A DNA stretch of 64,000 bases from Euprymna scolopes (Eukaryota), in NCBI GenBank assembly GCA_053919585.1, contig CM132790.1. One strand, written 5' to 3'. Below the pieces are notes generated by a model. That model did not search any database and was not told where the DNA came from. It saw only the letters and a list, made by a program, of their open reading frames with translations. Both the position numbers and the translations under genes were made by a program. Below, piece by piece: positions 1-11,495 of this stretch (its first letter is position 1; every line of letters starts with the position of its first letter).

Positions 1-430
1 ACTGCTTTAGTATAACTAGAGAAACGAAGCCAATTATTATATTGGACATTAAAGTCACCAAATAGGAGGGAGAGTGCTGCATCTATGTGATCAGAGATGT
101 AATTGATTAGAGTACAGATGGGATGGCGGCAGATTGGATTTCTTAGTCAGGAGGAGGATGTTGCGAATATAGACTCCGAGTCCGTGCATATGTCTGTCCG
201 GATCCTTACGGAAAAGTAAGAGATAACCAGACATGTTAAAGTGGTAAGAGGGGATGGAGGAGTCTAGGTTAGTTTCACTTAGCGCTCAGATATCCAGGGA
301 GTTTGCTAGGAGAAATGCTTCTACATCGTTTGAATTAGTTCTAAGCCCACGGATATTTGTAAATGCGAGCCTCAAGGGAGGAGGCGAATTGGTGTTTGAG
401 TGTGCGTCCGGTTTGTTAGTCCGACATTTG
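1..430 (-). mobile_element. CR1-group LINE (family B) 5' ORF fragment, APE endonuclease, decayed
   Basis: Minus translation PLRLAFTNIRGLRTNSNDVEAFLLANSLDI*ALSETNL...GDFNVQ; matches the copy at ~44700-44870. Confidence 0.88.
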
Positions 431-644
431 TTAAGATTAACACTAGTTGATATAATCGCTATATGACATGGGGTGATGCATTATGTAATAATACACCACT
501 CGCTTCTAAAAGAAGATAACGTAATTACAGTAATTTCAATAGGATGTTATTAGGAATATTATTATTATATTATATTATTATATAATATTATTACAATAGA
601 ATTATGATATCATAAAAGGCTCATTATTATATTTCTGAAGTTTT

Positions 645-1025
645 TAGATGAGGATTGATAACCTGTATTATTTCGATTATTTGGACGATTATTCTCATTT
701 TCAGTCTCCCAAAATTCACGCTAGAATCGTCCGCAACGACCTGTAGCGCAGTGTATAAAGTAATTGATAAACTCAGTTGTAAGCTGCACTCTTCTCGTAG
801 TTGAAGATTCAATCCTTAGTATGGGTGACATTGAAAAATACAATTGCGAATTATTTACCTGGTCATAACCGAAGCATGCTACCATAGTAGATTAAATAAA
901 GGGTCGCGCTCGAAATTCCGATTAGATTCCTGAGTACGACTAGATACACATGAAGAAAGTCGACCGAAACGTAGTGCGAATAACAATCAATATAAGAACA
1001 GTGGTCCGAACAATCCAAATAATCC
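645..1025 (+). mobile_element. Non-autonomous Penelope-like repeat with inverted ends and degenerate hammerhead (copy 1)
   Basis: Starts tagatgaggattgat..attatttcgattatttggac; right end is its inverted match (tccgaacaatccaaataat). Contains agatacac-atgaagaa-agtcg-accgaaacgtagtg at ~942-976. Homologous to 6644-7142, 20086-20200 and 26430-26721. Confidence 0.65.
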
Positions 1026-1087
1026 GAACGTCAATTGGAAGTTGAGAATAAAATCAACGTATTTATTTTCATAAACTGTTGTTTAGG

Positions 1088-1921
1088 TGTTGTCGGGTGA
1101 TTTATTTTATTGTAGGTTAGAAGCAGGATTCAACACCAGTTAGCCATCTTGGATCTAATTGATTGATGTATATCTAGGAACGCTGTAGAACGTTCAAACA
1201 ATTCACCCCTTTATTAATTAAACAATGACCATCATTGGCGTGTTTGCGAGTTACTGGGGATCTTAACTCATTATTTCTTTCTCCAGAACTACAAAGAATG
1301 AGCGTTTCAGATGGCCACCTGTTGATTAGCTTGGTATACCTGTAACTGGATTAATTAGCCAATTGTTATAAATCCTCATCTGTAACAAATCGCGTGATTT
1401 TGTTCGAGCAGTTTTAGATACATTATTCTTTATGGTCTTTCCGTTACGTGTTATAAGTAAAAACAATTGCCTAATGTTGATAAATGGCTATCAACTTAGA
1501 GTTGAAACTAACGGTAGAATCGTGTCCTCTCACAGAGATACATGCATGGTTAAGTACTTGGTTAATGCTTGACTAGTCAAGGATTTCAAACCAGGTTATC
1601 TCTTGTAAATTAATTCTTTACTTAATTTTATTACTTAGTCTTAAAATGACGTTCTGTCAGAGTCTCGGAGCAATACTTTTTCTCTGCATGTCGTCTAGAA
1701 ATTCTGTTCTGTTCCTTGAACACGTGATGCCATGTCCATGTAATATCATTCGACACCTGCATTTCTAGTGCGTTCTGTCTATAGAACTATCCTTTGAACC
1801 CACGCTTCAATCACGCTTGCTGCATTGGGTTATCCTGACATGTACTTATGTAACCCTAACACGAAATCCATACTAATTAACATAATCACTAATTACTGGC
1901 GTATGGTCACAATACATAACA
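1088..1921. repeat. Possible solo-LTR-like repeat
   Basis: TGTTGT...TAACA termini, ~830 bp, composition like the LTR-like repeats at 25484, 28666 and 38021; no TSD seen. Confidence 0.3.
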
Positions 1922-2149
1922 AGAGCTTGAAATGGAACTTCTCCACATAACATAAAACATGAAAAGAACTGACAGAAACTGTTGAGTTTTTACAAAACGG
2001 AAAATCCATATCAAAAATTATTATCTAGCAGCAAAATGTCACACCTTAAAGGTAAAGATCCTCATGTGACGGAAAAATCTTATGTTTAAATAAGTTCGTT
2101 CCTCAAGCACTGGTTTTTGAAATTCCGGCCTTTGTTTCATATTTTCCCC

Positions 2150-3090
2150 CTAGTCTTCCCTGCAGCCTATTTCTCACAGAAGAGACGTTGTGGGCCTGTC
2201 TCTTCTCTATCGTTATTTTCATGATAAGTGCTCGTCTGAGCTTCTATCTAAAGTCCTACTTACAAAACTTTCACAAAAATCCCTCGTCTAGCTATAACTA
2301 CTATCATCAACAATTTCCTTCACTCTCTATCTGTGCCTTAATTTAAACATAAATTTTTCCACGAACAAAACTTATTTCTTAGAACTGCCCACCTGTGGAA
2401 CACCGTCCGCTGATCTGCTTTCCAGCTAACTACAATATTGTCGTCTTCAAATCCAATGTAAACAAGTTATTGTTGAACCGCCCCCCTAAATAATCTATTC
2501 ATACTCAATTTCTACCACTAACTATCACTACGCTGTTATCTTGGTGATCACCTTACATTCATTAACCATTGTTCTTATCAGCATTCAGGCCTTCATAAGC
2601 GGAGACTTCTTTGTAAAAAAGTACCGAAATTAAATGTAATTTAAACAAAGAACTTGTTGTTCCACACCCCACTTGGTTTACCACCATATATTATACCCTA
2701 AGTGCAGTAATACTTTACATATTGTTTGGGGTAAAAAAAAAAAACTGCAAAAAAATATGTATGTTATTGAATATGATCGTCTTCAAGTCCAATGTAAACA
2801 AGTTCTTGTTCAGCGGTCCTACTAATTAATTCATTTCTACCCTATTTCCACTACTAACTATTGCTACTATTGCTACTAACTATTGCTACGCTGTTGTCCC
2901 GGTGACCACTCTACATTCATTAACCCTTATTCTCGAGCGCCGTTCGGGTCTTAATAAGCGGCGATTCCTTTGTAAAAAAAAACTCCCTAAATTTAAATGT
3001 AATGTAAACAAATTGCTACTTCACTCCCCACTTTGTTTACCACCATATATCAGTTCCTAGCTGCAGCAATACCTTTCATCTTCTTTGAGA
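2150..3090 (+). mobile_element. LINE family A 3' end remnant with tandemly repeated 3' UTR unit
   Basis: SHRRDV/LRTAHLWN/YNIVVFKSNVNK-like remnants matching 61790-62200; unit ~2430-2745 repeated at ~2770-3090. Confidence 0.8.
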
Positions 3091-3100
3091 TGAAGAACGG

Positions 3101-3141
<41 letters not shown>

Positions 3142-4469
3142 AGAATGATATGTTTTAATCTAAAAATCTATGTTCAAATCTAGATTTAAAGTATACTAGA
3201 ATCTGAAGAAACATTTCAAATGAACATTGCGATATAGAAATTGTTAATGTTAGTTGATAACCCTGAAAACAACATTTTATACACTTTCTACCAGAACTTT
3301 TTTCTTTTAATATATTTCTTTTAAAGTCATTTATAGTTAATTAAACAGGGATTGTTAGCAATCATGTGACACCAATCACAGTGTCATGGTTTTGTACGTC
3401 GACAGAAATTCTGGAATTACCGTTAAATATACAAACCAAACTAAATTAAATGCTATATTCTTGTAGCAAAATCGCAACTCTTCATTATAGAGATTCTCAG
3501 ATGTTGAAAAAATATCTACCCAAATGCCTGTTTTTCTGAAATCGTTTGCCTTATGTGCTCATTGTTTCCTGGATTGTGCCAATATGCAAACATTTTAATG
3601 CAATGGGAAGAAACGTATTTCTGCAGAACTTCCACTTAGAATTCGAACCATAAATCAGGCCCATAATATAATATAATATAATAACTTACATCTAAATGGA
3701 AATATGCCTTGCTGGGATTAATAGAAGGTAAAAGAAATTTATTTTATTGAATGGTAAGGTTTGACTCTAACAATCTATATGCAAATCTATATTGAATCTG
3801 GACCAGAATCCGATGAATTAAATACTCAATCCTTAAGGGGAAACTCTGATTACATGGATCCAGTTGCCCCACTAGAGATTCCATTTACCATTCCTTGTTT
3901 GGCGGTCGAAATTTTCGTGTCCAAATTCTCTTATCAAACACAGCTTTCATCTTGATTTGAATTAAGCAAACTTTAATCAGTAGAAATGATGATTCGCTTC
4001 TGGAAATAAAGTGCATTCTTGTTAAACTATGAGAAATCCCCGGATGGAGTAAAAGTAATCATTCAACGGAAACAAACGAAGATCTTGGGAATCTCCCAAA
4101 TAATTATTTGAAAAGCGGAAAGATATACAATCAATAAGAATCTACACTATTCGTACAAACTAACTCACTTTTAGAATTATTACTCCTCTAAAAGAAACCG
4201 AATTGTGTAGCCAGAATTTAAGGCAAATGGGATTATTCGAACTAGCTGCATATCTGTCATGCGAAGGACATTGTTAGATTACTAAAAAAAAGTAAGTTCC
4301 ATCTATTCAATATATGCGTTTTGCTATGAAAATTAAATTGCAAACTTAAGCGCGACAGAACAAGGAAAATGCAAAATTCTGACCGCCAATATTTTTCCTC
4401 TTTTAAAATAAATTGTACCAAAATCGAATAAGTGTTTTCAACGAAATAGATGTTCTGAAATTAAAGCTG

Positions 4470-5300
4470 TCTTTAAAACTGCCAGCAACCACTGCAAAAG
4501 AGTAATACAAAACGCGAGACAATCATATTCTTAGTGTAGCAAGTCTAAATGTAGCTGAACATAAGCTTGGTTTTTACGGGTTCTTGCGTATAACACACAC
4601 GATCCTGAACAAATGCATGCCTCTATCCCAACCATTATCAACAGACCTGAGGTAATTTCGTCAGCATCCGACAAAAATAAACTATTTGTTAAGAACTTTG
4701 CTTTGAACTTTGCGAATTTTCTGTTATGACTGAAAATACGTTGAGCGACATTAATATATCTGACCGTGGTGTTGCCAAACTTAGCAAGTCATTGATTTCA
4801 ATAAACTGACGCTGACGCTGACAACATTCCAATGATAGTGCTCAAAACATTTCACCGGAACAAGCTCACATTCTTATAAAGCTTGAGGAGAAATGCCTTC
4901 CAACACTTTGGAAAACGTCGTCAGTCTGCCCTGTATTTAAAAATACTGGATATCGGTAATCTTTCCTTTAGGACAAACCGACTGGTCTCCTGTGCGTCAC
5001 GAGTAAGTTGCTTCAATGTAATAAAAAGAGACGTTGTCAACCACTCCAGTAAAAAGAACTACTTATAGGGACATGCAATATTGTTTCGTTATGTGCTAAC
5101 TGTAATATAACACAAGCTCTGCGAATCTTTTAACAACAATGGCCCTTACTTACTTTACAAGACTTCCAACTGCAGAACATATCCTCCACACCATGAGATA
5201 CTTTCGATATGATAGGTTTATAAATAGCCAGAAGTCTGAAGATCATAGTATACACACTTGCGTCCCTCACAGTTCCATCGTAGACCCAACTCGATAAATT
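4470..5300 (+). mobile_element. LINE family A internal fragment (linker-RT), decayed
   Basis: actgccagcaaccactgcaaaagagtaata and cccaaccattatcaacagacctgaggt match 60540-60720; ends in a GVPQGS-like remnant at ~5260. Confidence 0.85.
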
Positions 5301-5666
5301 CTAGTCTCTCTCTTCTGCGTCAATTCTATCCAAAAAGAAAACCTTAAAGAACCTTCAGCGAATGAGTCGCTGTATTATTTTTAGCAATGGAAGAAAAGAA
5401 AAAAACCGTAAAAAAGAGATGACTATAAAAGAAGTGAGAATAATAGAAGTTCGTATTTTATTTCCTATTAATCAAATGTATATTGGAATCCAAAAAAGTA
5501 AAATACAATAAATAAGCCTCTTCAAGGCATCAGTCATTTTTTTAACTCTTTCAGTGAAGGTTCGATTAGTGCACTTTCTCCTCGGTCATTCCATTCTTCT
5601 TGATAGTTCACAGCTATTTTATGTTGCATCAGTCAAGACTGGTGTCTTTTTAATATATATATATAT

Positions 5667-5697
<31 letters not shown>

Positions 5698-5722
5698 CTT
5701 TTTATTTGTTTTACATAAGCGT

Positions 5723-5916
5723 TTATATGTCGCTACACATTCATGAGCATGAAAATGAATGTGTAGCGACATATAATTTTACCAGCAATGCTTCAAGCAA
5801 ACTACCTTTCTCTATTATACATAATTATAATTTATTCATATATATATATAATTAAACAATCATTATTTCGTATATCAACAGACACTACTGCTTCATGCTT
5901 ACGCAATCATCAGTGT
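5723..5916. repeat. Perfect 22-bp hairpin plus nearby minus-strand hammerhead-like motif (Penelope-like remnant)
   Basis: ttatatgtcgctacacattcat-N10-atgaatgtgtagcgacatataa (5723-5776). Minus 5881-5916 reads aca-CTGATGA-ttgc gtaa gcat-GAAG-cagta-gtgt. Confidence 0.55.
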
Positions 5917-6643
5917 AAGGGTAATAATCTACCGGTCATGTGATACGAACCCAGCCACGAAGTGACGTTTTGCTCTAGGAATGTTAACATAGAAATGTTA
6001 AAATAAACAAGAATGTTAGAACATAAACAATGGAGATGATTTCAGTGATGGCATCAGGTGATCTTAATTTTATGTGAGTTAATGACATAATGATATAGAT
6101 TTTGAGACACTGGCAGTTTAGTTTATAGTTTTAGAATAATGCCGAAGATTACAACGTCTTACAGCTCCAATGGAAAGTCAAGAATGTAGTTATATTTAAT
6201 ATACTATCTATTGTTGTTTGGTTTCCTTCGGGGTGAGATGAACTTGAATAATGAGAAGAGACGAGGACACAACTGAGAGATATATGTACTTTGCTTGTGT
6301 GCTACACAGACTAAATGATCATAAACAGCTTTATATGTGAAACACCTGCAGATACATACAATAATAGAACATTTTAACCACTAGACGTCAAACACTGTAT
6401 ATATTACAATGTTAAAGAAACATCAGTTATATAGACGCTGTTTATATACCGCCCAACCATATAATATTGGTTTGAAAAATAGCTTACACCCATACAAATA
6501 CGACCTCCTACCGAAGGTTCCCCGCCATTTCAGAAATGCAGTCGAGGTATAGAAACCGAATCTAATTATCGTAGTACTGGATTTGATTGCGAAGATATTC
6601 TTGAATTATGAGCCATGCAGAAAAATTACATAACTGAACCATT

Positions 6644-7142
6644 AGATGAGGATTGATATTTTGTATTATTTCGATTATTTGGTCTACTGTCCTCATCTTG
6701 ATTGTTATTTTCATTGTAGAACTTTGGAATTTGTACGGAATTTTGAATGAACCCCTTTATTTAATTATTTAATTATTTTAATTCGTTACTTGAATTAGTT
6801 TAATTCTTGTTCTAACATCCATTTAAGTAATTAGCATATATTTTGAGAATTGAACCATTACTTTCAGAAGACTGTAGCTTACAATAGAATTTTACAACGT
6901 ACTTATTTCTCTCTCAAAATAACATAAGACTTACCAAATCATGGCTGATGGAATGAAAGCATGCTACTCCCGTAGATTAAATAAAGGATTCAGTTAAAAA
7001 GACTATGCAGACTCACGAATTTGACAGGAAGATTCCCGAGTTTGACAAAATACAGTTGAAAAAGTCGGAGGTTACATCGATCAAAATCTTGTGAAACTAA
7101 CTCGCAAGACGAAAGCAGTAGTCCGAACAATCCAATTAATAC
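6644..7142 (+). mobile_element. Non-autonomous Penelope-like repeat with inverted ends (copy 2)
   Basis: Same tagatgaggattgat start and inverted right end as copy 1; shares gcatgctac..gtagattaaataaagg and gattcccgagtttgac; hammerhead remnant at ~7048-7093. Confidence 0.65.
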
Positions 7143-8054
7143 GACTTTAATGGACTATTTTTTAATCTATAACTATTATTATTGTTAACGTTTGCTTTAA
7201 TCTCTGTTCATAAAATCAATGGATTATAAATTAATACATGAGAATATTAAAAAGCTATTCTTCGGGAAATAATTTGTATTAATTCTCTGATTATAAAATA
7301 ACTACTCGAATTTTTTTTTTTTTTTACTCAGAAGGAAAGTGACGTGAAATAAAATACATTTCCAATAGCATACCGAAAGAAAGAAACGAAAGACTGGGCT
7401 AGTTTGAATCTAGTATCGATTTGTCATATGTATTTATACTTTAAGCTTACTTCGAAAATTCCACAGGATAACTATGTATTAGATTGGCAGAAGCGTGCAT
7501 GGCAAAATTAGGACTTAGGACACGTAATTTCTTTCCCTTGTCCAACCAAAAGATGGAGTACCGCTGTTTCTGCAGAATTTTGAAATGTTCAACCTAAAAC
7601 GATTTCCCTCAAACGAAATCTTAGTTGTAATTAGAAAGGAGTCGCCCTTCTCCTTGCCAAAACTTTGCTAATGATGAGGAAGGCGTAGCCAATTACTTGC
7701 TCCTACTTCTCTTCATTAAACCAGTATTGTGGCAATCTTACTCCCACCTCTTAAGGAGACAAGTAATTATCGAACTGAAAGACAATGAACCGGCATGATA
7801 GAAATGTTATATGCTCCTTTAATGAAATAAGGTGAATATATTGTTCCATTCCCTCAGTCAAGGATCATATCGTTTTCACTTTTCATCTTTCGAATATTTG
7901 CAACATGTTCATGCACGAACAGTGAAATGTCGACAATTTCATCACAAAAGAATATACTTTGTGATTTTAACTATGAATGAATGTTCTTTAACTTTTCACA
8001 GGAACCTTCCCTTGGAAAGTCTATACGAGCATTTGATTTGTCCAGATTTGACAT

Positions 8055-8200
8055 CTTCTATAATATAAATCTCACCTGTCTGTTTTATGTATGTATGTAT
8101 GTATGTATGTATGTATGTCTGCCTAAAATTACGCATTTTCACAAGATCGGTATCGTTTTGAAGCGCGACGCTTCGGGCGACAAATATCGAAAAATTGGCT
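8055..8200 (-). mobile_element. Helentron/DINE-like non-autonomous element end with (TATG)n
   Basis: ctataatataaat..ctgtctg, (tatg)n, then ..gatcggtatcgttttgaagc..aaatatc; typical HINE layout. Confidence 0.45.
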
Positions 8201-8439
8201 AAAGACATTAATTCCTTCACCCTAAACAGGGCGCTTTTCTACAGGGAGGGGTCGCTTAAAAGAATATAATTTATAAAAAACATGTTAACTTATTTTATAC
8301 AGCGTTCAATTCCCACACCAAAGATGAGTTCAGATAATGAGAGTATTAATGACCATGAAAGCTCTGCCAGTAATGACGCTGACAACTCGCACAAAACCAT
8401 TAGGCAGACTACATATCAACCTCTTGACCTGAAAGGGAT

Positions 8440-8850
8440 GTGCGTTTCGTTTTATCGTGTTTCCCCTTTCTCACTCTGTTCTATCGTTATTTTCATGGCA
8501 AGTGCTCGACTGAGCTTCATTGTATGCCCCTCTTCAAAACAGTCACAACAAACATTTGTCTCTCTACAACCACTGTAAACAATTTATCCCCACTTTCTAT
8601 TTGTGCCTAAATATAAACGCAGATTCTATTAACAAAGCTTTTTTTCTTATAACTGCCAGCCTGTGCACCTCGGAGCTGCCTTCTAGCTGACTACAACAGG
8701 ATTTTCTTCTAGTCTAATGTCGCAAGTTCTTGTTAAGCCGTCCTCTTAATCAAATTCTACCCAATTTTTATTATAAACGCTCACTAGACTGTTTTTCACT
8801 AACCATCTTACACGCATAAGGATCTTAATAAGTGGTGACACCTCTGTAAA
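8440..8850 (+). mobile_element. LINE family A 3' fragment
   Basis: tatcgttattttcatggcaagtgctcg (YRYFHGKCS) and 3' UTR gataagtggtga-like motif. Confidence 0.8.
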
Positions 8851-9348
8851 ACACACACCAGGAGAGCTAGTTGCCGTACCAGAACATAAAAGCCGTCCTA
8901 TAAACGTCCTCACAGTGCGGGCAAACCAAGTCATCCTCCTAGCAAACGATCATAGCATAAGTATTACTATAACAAAGAGTGTTCACATTAATTCAATAAG
9001 TAACCAGCCTGATGCTTATTTAATCGATATTTTTTAACACTCCCAAAACCACCATCGATTTCCATCGGGACATCCCGAGTCAAAGAAAGAGAGAATGAAT
9101 AAATCCAGTAGATCAAAAGATTTTCGAAGAAAACTATCTTGGCATCGACAATTTCACTTATGAATTCTAATTAAAAATTATCCCGAATCTTCATCATTTT
9201 GCAGTTTCTTTTAGTTTCAATATGTTCCTTATTTCTTTTTTTCATGCCAAAAAGTTGAACATATTTTTACACATTCCTTCAAAATGTTGGGTCGAATATT
9301 TATAAAAAAAAAAATAACGAACATGATTCTATTAAAGAAAACGTTTTA

Positions 9349-9865
9349 TACGAAGATCGTTCCAAAAGTGGAGCCTCCTTTTTAACTCCAAAAGTTGAAG
9401 ATCTACAAAAACGGGAGTGGTACGATTAAAACGAGCGACCTTTGTGCTCCAGAATTTATTTTTCTCCATAGTAATGGCTATTCTCAATACATTTTTGCAA
9501 GCGATTAAAGCGGCTGGTGTACGTTTTGTCATACGAGGGTTGTTCCAAAACTAAAGCCGTCCATGTTTTTTAACTTAAAAAGTTGAAGAGCTACGAAGAC
9601 GAGAATATTACAATTAAAATCAGCGAATTTTGTGCTCTAGAATTTATTTTTCTACATAGTCACTACATTCCCAATACATTTTTTCAGAAATGCAATGTGC
9701 CATTTCTGCTTCTGGCGCATGTCCAATATCTGCAACAGAGAGGTAAAATTTTAGGTCATGAATGTATAAGTTCAATCATTGTAACAATGCAATTTGCAAT
9801 CCCTCTGATCCATTCGGGTGGATTAAACAAAAATAGGAGGCACAACTTTTGGAACGACTCTCGTA
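9349..9865. mobile_element. Mariner-type MITE (complete copy 9532-9865 preceded by a partial copy)
   Basis: TIRs TAcgagggttgttccaaaa / ttttggaacgactctcgTA; second left end tacgaagatcgttccaaaag at 9349; another partial copy at 41845-41980. Confidence 0.75.
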
Positions 9866-11250
9866 TATTTCTCAAGCGAATATCAATTTTCTTAATTAAA
9901 AGTAGCCTAACGGTTATCTAAATAAGGCGCACAATTGGTTTAAACGCTCCTATCTATAAGCATCTTACATCACGTTTTCGGAACATTTGAACAGCAACTG
10001 AAACTCAACATCAAATATTTCTTATATCACATGACTAAAAAAACCAATCAGCTATCAATTTAGACAGGAATTATCTGTTAAGCACACCAAAAACCTAAAA
10101 AAATAAAAGCCGCTCGCACCTATGAAATCATGCTAATGCATAACTGTAGTGATGTAGCTCTGACTATATGACTTCCAGCCACCTGAAGATATAAAAAAAA
10201 ACAGTTTCGCGGAGCAAGCAGAAGAGTGTGTATTCCATTTACATGGACTTGTTGGTACCACTATTTTAAACATGTCTTATTTTTGTTCCACTATTTAATA
10301 AAGTTATCGACATTTTCTCTGTCCTATCATTTTTGTGCGATACAGCCGATCGGCGGCATGATTCGAATTTATTACAAGCTAATAACAGATTGGCGTCAGA
10401 AAGATTAGATTTTTTTACGGCCCAACAAAAAAGAATCTAAAGTGTCATTCATGACTTAAAACGAGAAAAAAATAATGGAGGGTTTCAAAGGCTGTTTTTG
10501 ATGGAATTCCTTAAACAACAGTAGAAATTGCACCAGGTCTAAGCAGAAAAGTTGCAGAAACAACGCGTTCCAGATTTGAGAAGTCATCAAGAAAATATCG
10601 AACGACAGTAAAAAAAATTCAGTGAGATCAGTAAAATATTGAACGAACAAAATAAGGTTTGAGTAACTGCTACAGCAATTGTGCAAAATGGAAATAATTC
10701 AGAAAACTCTAATACGTTTTCAGGATAGTCAATAATAAATTCAATCGGTAATTTTATTTACAAACCCGAAGAAGAATTTATATTTGAAGCATGCTTTCGC
10801 AGATACTGAGAAATTTTCGCAAACGAATGTAAAAACTGGGTCGGTCAGAAGGAAATAAGATTGCTATTAGGAAACTTCGAACCAGAACACAAAAAATATG
10901 CGACCTTTATCCTGTCAGGACTCTTCAGTGAAGTGGCGTTCCAATAAACTATACAAATATTGACGAAAATATTTAGGGGACTAAGCTCCTATTTAATAAT
11001 TGTTACCGATGCTTAGACTTGGCGAAAAAAGATTCAGGGAATTACACAACGTATGCAAGTTCAGTAAATAGACTCTGAAAAGTTCCGGTTAAACGAGATA
11101 GCGTCCGACATATTTAAATGACTAATATTCAAACAAGGCTTAACCTAAGCATCATAAAATGAAATGAAGACCCGGTTACTAACAAAGATGGAGCTGAATA
11201 AAAATATTACAAAAGAATGCAAAAGAATCCTAAACTTGAGAATGGATAAC

Positions 11251-11481
11251 TTTTGTGGTGACGTACACCCCCTTATAACCGCTAAGATGGACTTGTCCAT
11301 TAGGCATATAATCAGCAAGTCTAGACCACTCAATGAGAGCTATCCGGATGTCGTACCGAGACGACTTCCCACGGACTTACTAACCTTTTCTGTACCACTA
11401 ACCCTTGCTTGATATAAATGTTCTTCTTATTCTCACCAAGTCGTCGTGTTCATACTTTCATCTTTTCCGACTCCATTAACA
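11251..11481 (+). repeat. 5' LTR of inner Gypsy
   Basis: Direct repeat of 16555-16781; contains tataaa; ends ..aaca. Confidence 0.95.
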
Positions 11482-11495
11482 CGGCGACAAGGATG
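11482..11495 (+). promoter_or_regulatory. Primer binding site, tRNA-Ser(GCT)-type
   Basis: cggcgacaaggatg immediately after the LTR, 2 mismatches to TGGCGACGAGGATG (complement of the tRNA-Ser-GCT 3' end). Confidence 0.75.
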
